From contig OX337228.1 of assembly GCA_946965045.2 (NCBI GenBank), positions 124,001 to 188,000 on the forward strand: DNA of 64,000 bases, written 5' to 3'. The position numbers were made by a program, and so were the translations under genes. Origin of the DNA: Epithemia pelagica (Eukaryota; Protista; Bacillariophyta). The stretch's first letter is position 1. Each line of letters starts with the position of its first letter. Below, one piece after another: positions 52,586 through 62,673 of the stretch. The notes under the pieces were generated by a model. That model was not told the DNA's origin and did no database searches. It saw only the letters and a list, made by a program, of their open reading frames with translations.

Positions 52586-54663
52586 TCAGGAGGAATTAGA
52601 CTTGTCGGCAGACTTGTCAGAGACATTCGGGTCACGGACATCGAATTCAAGATCGGCGGAATAACGACCGCATACATTACGCCTTCGCTCTGCGGCAGCC
52701 AATTGTCCATTGGCAAGCATAGTGTATTTCAAAGCTTCGTCGAACACTTCCGTGTGCTCGGCTAAGCGTCTGCACACATGGTACATTTGGCGCTCTTCTC
52801 GTTCATAGCCTGACATTTTGGACCAGCGCCAAGACCAAACTGGACTATTGTGTACAATAGTGTCGATCTCTTCGCGGAAGCTTCCTTTCAGCATACTTTG
52901 GTCATGCTTGGTAAGTGAGCGGACGTTGCAAGGCCCTTCAGCAAACTTGCCTTTGACCGGTAGCGGCAGCTTTACAAAGATGTCGCCGTGTTCCGGGACT
53001 GGTGGGATGGTCATATGACTCATATCAGGACGTCCGTCCTCTTCCCATTGCCACATCGGTGGATAGGTCTCGTATTCCCCCATGGGGCGAGTACGTACGG
53101 ATTTGACGGACGCAGATCCGGGTTCGTTCGGTTGTGCTTTAGCCTTATGCGCGAAACGTCCAAAGCTGTTGCCAGCTGAGGACTTTGTCGGCTGCGAATC
53201 ATCTTCGGATGATTTTGCAGGTGAGGCGGAAGCGCGGAACTTAGAGTGCTTGTCTGGCGACGGTACGTTGTCAACAGAGGAGTCAAGCAAGTTCTCGTCC
53301 ACTTCCATAATGACCGATACGTTGGTCTTAGCCTCAGGCTTATCGTCGTTTTCGTCAATGTCTACTGAGATTGCGTCCTCAGCAGTACTCCCATGCGACG
53401 TTTTCGATCTCTTCGACGATGCGTTGGAAGAGTCGTCTGTGGTGACGGATCCAAGCTTCCGCTTTTCTTTGCGCTCTTTGCGAAGAGCCTGGACTTGTTT
53501 GCGTTCGTCCTCCGTCAGGTCTGCCCATTCGTCGGCATCGTAGTGACCAGCATGAACGCGGTCCTTCTTTTTCTTGCTCTTTTTCTGATTGCGCCCTTTG
53601 CCCTTTCCTTTGCTTGGGGTGGTACCAGCAGCAGCGATCTTGCGAGAGTCGTCCTGCGTTTCGGTTTTGGCGGCACTGTGCACAGTCAAGAAGTATTGCT
53701 GGCACGCTTCAAAGTTCTCCAACTTCTCCTGGTCACCGTTGACGACGGTCTTTGCTTGGACGAGCGTCGGATCGGTGATCCCATTCATGAAATCGGTCAC
53801 TTTTTTCATTTCCGCGACCGTTTCGCCAAGCTCTTCCAGGGTGTTGTGCGCATGTTGGTGACGGTGAATGTAGTCATGGAAGCGGTACTTCCCTCGTCCT
53901 GTAAACTTAGCATTTGCGATCTGCGCATAAGCCTGTTTCTTGCGCAGGATGCTCGCGGCCTGTCCAGTGGCTTGCCGCTTGACGGTTAGGTAGGCCTCAC
54001 GGCCGTCCTTTGATTTTGCATGCGTTTTAGCAAACGTCCATGCCGGACCATCGTAGATAAGAGGGTAGTACAGCTCATACACTCTGCGTCGGTCGGCTTT
54101 GTACTGGTCCCCCTCATGACGAGTGGTCGCGACTAGGTCGTCGTCAATGCAGTCGTAATCGGCGGTTAGTGCGTCGTCCGGTACGTCGGACTCCTCACGC
54201 AGTACGTAGGTGAGCAGCACTCCCGTTGTCGGATTACGGTGCTGACCCAAGTACGTGCGCCACATTCCGTCGTGACGTTCCCAATCGGCAAGGTTCGTTA
54301 GCCTTTTGGGTGGTACTGGGTCATCCTGACCATCAGTGGTGGTGGCATTCGCGAGTTCCGTTACGCGTCTCATCCACTTGGTGATTACGTCACCAGTATA
54401 AGCACCAGCATCAAGGTCCTGACCACGGACAGAACGGTATTCCAACCACATTCGGAAGCCCAGGAACTTTAGGTTGAATTGGTAGGGTAGGGTGACACCG
54501 TCGGGTAGGTTCTTGGCTAGTGTCTTCAGCATGGGCTTTACTTCGTTGATAGGAAACTCCAGGAACTGATCCGTTGTCGTGAACCCTGTTGCGTTAGGTA
54601 CCCAACGGTAGCATTGTCGTAGCCACAGCGGCCCAGTGCAGTACGGAAGGCATTTGCGGCCAT
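52586..54663 (-). CDS. gag: gag, with a probable 1-bp deletion near codon 27 and a long C-terminal extension
   Basis: ATG 54663 reads MAANAFRTALGRCGYDNATVGYLTQQG and needs one extra nt at ~54585 to join FTTTDQFLEF... of the 694-aa ORF; copia-gag-like LTYVLRE, DGREAYL, FMNGITDP and HYDADEWADL motifs. Confidence 0.85.
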
Positions 54664-55144
54664 GGTTCAAGGGTCGGATGAAGGGTAGGAGGGTAGTAGA
54701 AGGTCAAACGGATGGCAAGGGAAGGCTTGTTCTTGTGCAGAAATTTGCAATTGTGATGAGAGGAGCGAATTTCTGTGAGCCAACAATCTGCGAGTGAATC
54801 GGCGAGTAGTCGTCCGGCGATTCCGCGAGCGAGCGAGCTAGCGATCGGCGAATCCGCGAGTCGGCGAACCGGCGATTCCGCGAGCAGGCAGGCACGTGTC
54901 AAAAGCCAGCAGGCCTATATAATTGAGTCGTACGGAGCGCGTGGATGGACGGTCCACGTGTACGAGCACGTGCACGGTACGTTGTGCAGTCGCAAGTCAC
55001 AAATTAGCGAGTGGGTCCCACAGTGACAAAAACAAGTCACAGAGATGACGCAAGCGAGCGAGTGACGAAGCCGCTTAGCGCGAACAACTCCCGAGCGTTG
55101 ATCAGGCGCTTGCCGTCCGGCGAACAGTGGGGAAATAACAGACA

Positions 55145-55159
55145 CTGGGTCTGATAAAC
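55145..55159 (-). other. putative non-canonical primer-binding site (GTTTATCAGACCCAG)
   Basis: Immediately inside the 5' LTR; not TGGTATCAGAGC; loosely resembles the GGTTATGGGCCCAG half-tRNA PBS of Drosophila copia. Confidence 0.45.
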
Positions 55160-55399
55160 TGAATAAAAACTGACGGTCAGACGCAATATACGGCTTGCAA
55201 CAATCAAACTATCAGAAATTATAATGACTAAACTAGGGGTGCCCTTTGGGGACAAATCGCTCACGTAGGGGCCAAATAGCGACCACGGTACCCACTAGCG
55301 AACACATAACTAGGGGCCGGGCGATGCCAGGCGGTGCGTAGCGAGGCATGGCGAGGCCCTTCGTAGGTTACAAAGGGGGCGCCCGTGATTATTTATTCA
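55160..55399 (-). repeat. 5' LTR (240 bp)
   Basis: 239/240 identical to 47989-48228. Confidence 0.97.
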
Positions 55400-55611
55400 T
55401 TTTCCTTAGGGTGTGGGACCTATGGGGACTCTATATTATGTAGGAGTATAGGTAGGAGCACCTGGATCCTACCTATTACTCCTAGTAGGTAGATGATCCC
55501 CAACTGCTGTTTCCACTAATGGAATCCATGATAGTAGTGTTACAAAACTACACTCCTGTCGACGTTATGGTTGTTGGTTAACATCATGTGTGCGTCCATG
55601 TGTCATGTTCA

Positions 55612-58600
55612 TCACCGTGGATCGGGTGCTGTCCCATGCAATCGAATCCAAATCTTGTCAAAAAACACTTTTCTCCATCCCGGTTCCAATCGCGGTGCCT
55701 TGGCCTTTTCTTCCTTGAGAGCGACCAAATGACTTTTGGTTGCCAAGGGACAGGATCGACATTTGAGCAAATGAGCATGAATGTTTTGTGAGGTGGAATT
55801 GGTCGACAGCGATTTGGACGAGACGGGAAAGTATTTTCCCAATCCCGCATGACCATGACAATGCCGGCATTGAAAACCGGGATATCCGACAGGACCCTTG
55901 GATCGGGCCACAAAGCGATCGGCCTCCGTAAAATTGCATGACTCGACCTGTCGCATCAAAAAGTACACATAGGGAGGGACAATGCCGGCATCTTTGGAAT
56001 GGACAATGTAATCACCGCTGCCACCTCCGCCTGTCGTCGTTTCCGAGGGCGGTTGATGTTGGGGTACTCCGGCCTGGGACGACATTGTTGCTGTTGCTTG
56101 TGCAAATGGCTGGGCTGAATCTTGCGCATGAGGATTCAACGGTTCCCTTCCCGAGGTACCAAACACTCCTGCTGTTTGGTTGTCCGCGTTTGCCAGACTA
56201 CTTCCACCCCGCGGCTTGAGATACTTCATGGAGGCATCCAACTCGATCAAATTGGGTTTGCAGGTCCGAGGATCCTGAACAAATCGAATACCATCCAAGG
56301 TATCCACCATTCCTAACGCCTTGGCTGAATCCATCCAATATTGTCGGACACTCAATGAATAGGTGGGTGCTGTCGGACCCGGATCTCCTCCATTCGACTC
56401 GGACTTGGTTTTCGAGTCCTTGCTGGGAGTGCTGGTATCAGATTCGCTGGGTTCTTGAGTTTCGAGGGTCGGTTCTCGTGTTTGATCCGTGTCCGTTGGT
56501 GTCTCTTCATGATCTTGACTCGTTTGTGTGGATTCCTTTAGAATCCTGCCAGTTGTAGTAGTCGTCCCTGTGGATCTCGTCTGTGTGTCTTGTGCCAACC
56601 GTTGGAGCTGAGACGATACAGCACTAGGAATGTGGGGACAATGTGGAGCATGTTCTTCGTGCCATCGTTGGACCGACTCGAGAATACCCGACAAGGATGA
56701 GGGAAAGGCCACAAAGGAGGATGAATCTTTTCTGGTCGTTTCGAGTGCCTTGGTGGTACCTTGGGGTGCGTTCCAAGACTCTTGTGTTTCTTCTTCTTCT
56801 TTTTCTGTTTCTGGTTTGGTCGACGACGTGTCTTGTGGATCCTTGGTTGCGGCAGCTTTTGGAGCCTCTTGTTCTTGTTGTTGCTTCTTGTCATGAGTTT
56901 GACAAAATCGACAGGCAATGCCCACTTGATGCAAGGCAATGCGACTTTTGGGACGAATCGCTTGGACATGACTTTCTTGAGCGGAAAAGGCTTGGACACA
57001 TTCCTTTCGAATCAAGCATTGCAAGGGCGAAAGCCATTCCGAATCCTTTTGGGGAATTCCCAAGGCAATGGATCCCGTATACCATTGATTGGATCCCGGT
57101 GCGGTGGCTGCTGTGGAACGAACCATGGTGGACGAGGACTTGGGGTGCTGGTGCTGGTGGTACTGGTTGCTATTCGTGGTCATTCGTACGGGGGGAGAAC
57201 CACCAAAGGCCAAGGAGGAAGGATCGTGAGCCGGCCCGGCTTCGGCCGGTGCGGAATGCGACAAGAGGGGCAAAAAGGCTCGAGGTGGTGGTGGTGGGGG
57301 TGCCAACCGTCCAATGGAACCTCGCGTCGGACTGGAATGTCCTTTGGCATATACCAACAAGGGTCCTCCTCCTGCCGTTCGTGTCGTTCCCACCGGAGAC
57401 GACGGGGGCCATGGGTGGTGTTGTGAGGACAAGGAGGAGGAAGAGGACGAAGATGATGACGCCGTTCGCAACAAGGGGGGACGCAACTGTGTCATGGTCG
57501 CAGGAGTGGTGCTGGTGATTCCACCGGATGCCGCCAGTGTGGCCAATCGGACACTGCACGTTTCTTCGTGCAAACAGGCTTCTTGGTACGTGGCAAAGGA
57601 TGCGGCATGACAATAATCACAGACCCAGGCATTGGGAGTCGTTGTAGGATTGGCAGTGTTCGTGTTGTTGTTGTCTCCCGTGACAGTGGAAGCCGAGGTC
57701 GTCGTCGTCGTGGCAGTAGTAATAGCTCCGGAAGCCTCCCCCAAAGGCAAGGGTGGTACAGCAGGACGTGCGGGCGGTGGTGGCAAAAAGGTAGCACCTG
57801 GATACGATGACCGAGGAGGCGGAGGCCAGGAATGGACCCGCGTATGAAAGGAAGACGACGAAGGAGCACGGGGATAGGAATGAGGAGACAAGTGAGCATG
57901 CGATGGTGGTGGTGGCAAGATTCGACTGGGAGAACTTGCCGAGGAATTGGTTCGATACAGAATGGGCGGGGATGCATTTGGTGTGGACGAAGGCAGTTGC
58001 AAGCGTTGGACCATTTGCGCATGGGAGTGATGCGGATGATGAGGAGCATGATGATGCAACTGATGAGGAGGATGATGAGTAACATGACGAGGATGATGAT
58101 AGGGATGCAACGGATGGTGCGAACGATGATGAGGAAGAGGCACTCCAGTGACTTCCTTCTTGACATTGGGTGCAAAATGAACTCGACGATGAGGAGTTGT
58201 TGTTGTTGATGTTGCTGTTGCTACAGTCGTTGCCGCCGTGGTGCTGGTTGCGCTGGTGGTACTTTTGGAATCTTCTAGTGTGGACGAATCAGGATGGGAG
58301 GCATCCTGATGACTGGTGGTTTCTCCATAACCGGTTCGTTTTTCGGGTGTCACAGGGGCTGGTAGTCCATCCTCTCCTCCCTCTTGCGATGCCGAGGCAA
58401 TGGATAACTCTTCTTCTTTGGAGGAGGCGGTTCGAACCGCAGGACGCATGGATTGTGGACGGCTGGGACTCAAGGTGGTTGGATCGTGGTGGGTGGAGGT
58501 TGGTCCTCTGGTTGGTCCACCGAACGATTCGGACGTCTGGGTTACGGAGAAGTCGTTGTCCTTCTTGTTGGCAGTAGTCGTCGCCAAGGGTTGGGACGCA

Positions 58601-58923
58601 CAGGCGGCATTGGCCAAGGAAGCCAAGGCAACGGCCGAAGCCAATTCAAATTCATCCACGACATGAGACGAAGACGACGAAGCATTGGAGTAGGGCGAAG
58701 ATGGATTCGTCGTCGGCGTTTTGGGGTGGTCGGATACGTCGTTGAGAGTGGCTTTTGACCGTTTGTGACTGGGAGGTTCCACTGTCGTGGTCTTTTTCTT
58801 TTTGCGCTTCTTTGTGTTGGAGGTAGTAGTCGGACGATCGGAGGTGGTGTTGGTGGTTGATACAATTGTGGATTCTTCCGAATGCAATGCCTCTGGAGGC
58901 TCTTGAGCCATGGTATCTTCCAT
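55612..58923 (-). CDS. large nuclear protein with a CxxC...HxxxC finger and two diatom-type CxxC...H...C domains; putative DNA-binding regulator
   Basis: KKRKKKK NLS; WVCDYC...CLHEETC; WLSPLQCLIRKECV...VGIACRFC...FP...HAPHC; second copy YPGFQCRHC...YFP...HAHLLKC; His/Pro-rich linkers; first ATG at 58923. Confidence 0.85.
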   Translation of the reverse strand: MEDTMAQEPPEALHSEESTIVSTTNTTSDRPTTTSNTKKRKKKKTTTVEPPSHKRSKATLNDVSDHPKTPTTNPSSPYSNASSSSSHVVDEFELASAVALASLANAACASQPLATTTANKKDNDFSVTQTSESFGGPTRGPTSTHHDPTTLSPSRPQSMRPAVRTASSKEEELSIASASQEGGEDGLPAPVTPEKRTGYGETTSHQDASHPDSSTLEDSKSTTSATSTTAATTVATATSTTTTPHRRVHFAPNVKKEVTGVPLPHHRSHHPLHPYHHPRHVTHHPPHQLHHHAPHHPHHSHAQMVQRLQLPSSTPNASPPILYRTNSSASSPSRILPPPPSHAHLSPHSYPRAPSSSSFHTRVHSWPPPPRSSYPGATFLPPPPARPAVPPLPLGEASGAITTATTTTTSASTVTGDNNNTNTANPTTTPNAWVCDYCHAASFATYQEACLHEETCSVRLATLAASGGITSTTPATMTQLRPPLLRTASSSSSSSSSLSSQHHPWPPSSPVGTTRTAGGGPLLVYAKGHSSPTRGSIGRLAPPPPPPRAFLPLLSHSAPAEAGPAHDPSSLAFGGSPPVRMTTNSNQYHQHQHPKSSSTMVRSTAATAPGSNQWYTGSIALGIPQKDSEWLSPLQCLIRKECVQAFSAQESHVQAIRPKSRIALHQVGIACRFCQTHDKKQQQEQEAPKAAATKDPQDTSSTKPETEKEEEETQESWNAPQGTTKALETTRKDSSSFVAFPSSLSGILESVQRWHEEHAPHCPHIPSAVSSQLQRLAQDTQTRSTGTTTTTGRILKESTQTSQDHEETPTDTDQTREPTLETQEPSESDTSTPSKDSKTKSESNGGDPGPTAPTYSLSVRQYWMDSAKALGMVDTLDGIRFVQDPRTCKPNLIELDASMKYLKPRGGSSLANADNQTAGVFGTSGREPLNPHAQDSAQPFAQATATMSSQAGVPQHQPPSETTTGGGGSGDYIVHSKDAGIVPPYVYFLMRQVESCNFTEADRFVARSKGPVGYPGFQCRHCHGHAGLGKYFPVSSKSLSTNSTSQNIHAHLLKCRSCPLATKSHLVALKEEKAKAPRLEPGWRKVFFDKIWIRLHGTAPDPR

Positions 58924-60089
58924 TCTGATATTCTCTCGTGTTTGGATCGCTCTCTCACACTCTCGTTTCAAAGCCCCATCAACAGGAAGAAGAACAACAA
59001 CGGCGATGGATGGCACCGCTCTGCTCCGTCCGCGTTGGTGTTGTTTTTGGGTCCTCTTTGCGTTTTGAAAAACTTGTATTCAACCCCAAGTTTTTGCTTC
59101 CACGACGGTACCTAAAATTTTTCGTGGTCGGTTTGGCGGCGTGCCGGGTCGATACAAGAATGCCCTCTCTCCTTATTTACTACATAGAAGAGCTCTTGGG
59201 GGTGCGCCACCCCGTTGGAATTTTGTACGGTCGTATAAAACGAGAGAGAACTTGGTACAGTACAGCGCATCCGTTCCCTTTCTGAAAAATCTCAGACTCG
59301 CCTCCTTCCGGACGGCCGTTGAATACTGGGATGGAGCACCTCGATGGCTCTCATTCGTATTGTTGGGATTGTGTCTACGGGTCAAAAGAGAGCACATCGT
59401 TGGTCTGTCGTGTGATGAGTGCGTGGGAATCCGAAAAACTTGAGTGTGTCCCCGTGCGCGATGTCTTCCGCCGTACTCGCTGAACCACATAAAACTCTTT
59501 GGCTCAAGCCGTTGCGCGCCTGCGGTCCTTAAATCTCGTAGTCCATCCCTTGTCTTGATCCTGTACCGTAAGAGCAGGACGGCATTCCGAACACGTGTTT
59601 CGCTCCCGTAAGTATCCTTGTGCAGTCTTGGTCCTGGTACCGAAAACGACGGATGGACAGTTCGGACGTCTGGCTGTCTCTCCACAACCGAAGGTCGATC
59701 CCCGCCCGGGAACGGGAAAAGTCGGCAATGAAAAGGCGGCACAGCGATATATTCAAGTCTTGTATATGTGTGCCGTATAGTCATCATTCATCGGTTCCAT
59801 TTACACCAAATAAGGAACCCAACTCTTGTTGTTGTGGTGGGGTGGTGGATGCGTTCTACCAACCATTGTTGATTGACAAACGGATCCTCCTCCTCCTCTT
59901 TTTCCAAGAATTCAGAGACGAAGCAAAGACTCACCAGAAGATAGGCGAGTCTCTCGCCTATACGCTATACGAATCATACTGTAGTAAAATATAATATTCG
60001 AGAGAGAGAGAGCCGCCACTACTCCAAACGCACAGATCAGATCCAACGTCCTTCTTTTGAATTCATTCCCAAGAAAGAACACAACCAAA

Positions 60090-61989
60090 ATGTCGTCGGA
60101 AGAAGCCGATTTGTTGCGGGAAATGGTGGCCGATCGGGATCGTCGCATTGCCTTGGTCAAACAAAAGACGGTCGATTTGAGTGACAAGCAACAACGCTTG
60201 TTGGATGACTTGGATACGGCCACGGAACAGTCGGCCCGGCAACAAATTACCCATCAAACGGCCAAGACGCGACTCTTGCATGCCCATCAAACGGCCGTCG
60301 AACACTTGCAGGCTGTGCAATTGGATTTGCACAAGCAAGGCACGAGTTTGGCCGCCTATGCCAATACCTTGCAACAAGATTTGAGTGGCAGCAGTGATGG
60401 CATTCGACCCGTCGGCGGCGCCGACAATAGTATTGATGCCAATGCCGTCATGCGCATCCAAGCGCAATTGTGCAAGGCCATGCACAGCATGGGCATTTTG
60501 GATCATCAATTGGAATTGACGACGCGACTCACCGAAGAACGGACCAAATTACTACAAACAGTCAAGCAAGAACAATTGGAAAGTCAATCGCAATTGGAAT
60601 TGTCCTTGTTGAATCAAATGATGCAAGCCGATACCGACAAACGACAAGTCGAAAAGGATTGCAAACAACAAGTGTCGAGTTTGAATCGACAAATCAAAAC
60701 ACTCAAACGACAAATTGAAGAAGACGAGGATGAGGAAGACGAAGAAGAAGAGGGCAAGAAGGATGCAACAACAAACAACAACAACGAGGACGAGACGGAA
60801 GGCAATGGCGACGACGAGGACGACGACGAAGATGCGGAAGAACTCAAGGCCAAGCAAGATTTGCAACAGTTGCTGGAACAACGACGAACGCAAGTGGCCG
60901 AATTGGAAAAGCAATTGGATGGACAAGAAGAAACCTTGGCACAATTGCGGAGTCAATTGGGCAGTGAAACGGCACAAGCCCAGGCCCAACCGGAAGCTCG
61001 ACCACCCCCACCCAAACATGCACCCCCACCGGTCCCCTCGACGGATGACGACGAGGACGATGAGAATGCCATGGATACGGACGATGAAGAGGAATTGATA
61101 CAGCAACAACAACAGCAACAACAAGATTTAATGGCGGCACGATTGGCCCAAGTCATGGAAAATGCCAAATTGGAAGATGTCGAAAAAGAAACCACGGCCG
61201 TGTCCGAATTGGATTTGTTGAAAATGGCACAAACGCGATTGTCGGCCGGGGCAGCGAATGCCGCACTGGACGAGGACGACGACGACGAAGAAGATTCGGA
61301 CGAGGAAGATTCGGACGAGGAGGAGGAAGAGTCCGAAGAGGAGGAAGAAGAAGATACGGATGACTATGACAATGACGCGCCACATGGAGAACCATCCGCA
61401 CCATCACCACCGGCCTCACCCATGCCGGTCGATCCTCCCCCACCACCTCCACCGGCCGACGATCCACCAACCCCACCACCAGGCACGGAAGAAAGCACTC
61501 CAACCACCACAACCACAACGGACGACGCAGCAGACGACGACACTGACGACGGAGAAGAAGAAGAAGAAGAACGTGCGTCCCCTTCTCCACCACCGCCTCC
61601 ATCGGCTACGCAGTCGGAAGAAGAAGCAGCAGCAGCAGCAGAACCTCGTGCTTCGCCACCGCCACCCGAGGACGAAGCAGAAGAAGAAGAAGAAGAACCA
61701 CCAAAGGCTGAACCAACCACCACCACGAAGAGTACCGAACCAGAAACCAATGACGATCCAGAACCAACTGACACGGAACAAGACGAACCAAAAGACGACG
61801 GAGCGAAACCAGACAATGTTGCCGCTAATGACGACGACGACGACCAAAATAAGGTGGAACCAAGCGAGGTGGCAGCATTGACCAACGACGACGACGACGA
61901 CGACAACGAGCCACCAGCACAGATGGCGGACCAAGAGAAAGAGCCACAACAACAAGAAGAAGAAGATGACAGTCCCAAGGAAGGTGTAG

Positions 61990-62021
<32 letters not shown>

Positions 62022-62045
62022 GCAGCAACGGATGCGGAATCCTAA
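60090..62045 (+). CDS. coiled-coil protein with acidic, Pro-rich disordered C-terminal half
   Basis: Heptad L/Q/E-rich N-terminal ~300 aa; D/E/P runs afterwards; ATG in aaaATGT context at 60090. Confidence 0.85.
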
Positions 62046-62673
62046 CGGTTCTCGTCTCCGACCAACTGACCACAACCTCAACAACAGGAACAAGGGGAGG
62101 CCTCTCTAGCATTACAGTAAGGTATACATAGGAGAAGAGGGTTTGCTGACTGCAACACAAGGACAAGAATGGAATGTGCCAAACTAGTGAGACATTATAT
62201 TCGTTGGTATATACCTACTATAGAGATTGTGAACTGTCGTTTGACTGGACGAGCATTGTGGCGAGATAGATCAATCGTAACAGCAAGCCTTGGTCTCTCT
62301 GTTCGTCGCAAAGAGGGGTCGTTGCTAAGTCGCATTTATGCCAACGGGGGAGAGCATGAACGCACCCAAAACCAAAGGATGACTTTTGGGGGGCATTCCC
62401 TCGGGGTTCGGTCATTCGTGTCTTTTTTTTGTGGGTGGTGGTTGTGGTGTGTTTGGTTGGATGGAATGATCATACGAGACAAAACCTTTTGGGCACGTCG
62501 ATCCTACTGATTTCAAGGTTCTTTTACTCTCGTTTCAGAGGTTTCTCCCTTCTTTGTGTGGATCTTTGGTCGTTGCTGTTGGACTTGTGTGGTTTGTAGG
62601 AATCCATTCTGTTTGGCCAAGAAGGGTTCTCTCGCACAACACACAACCACACACCCTGCATACTAGAATCATC

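Larger units (their letters stand above)
47989..55399 (-). mobile_element. Ty1/copia LTR retrotransposon (CoDi-like), recent insertion
   Basis: Two 240-bp TG...CA LTRs with 1 mismatch; TTTT on both flanks; gag then PR-IN-RT-RH order. Confidence 0.97.

Noticed and set aside
59173-59787. 204-aa minus-strand ORF between the divergent host genes
   Set aside because: No motif and no compositional signal of coding; several competing short ORFs in other frames.
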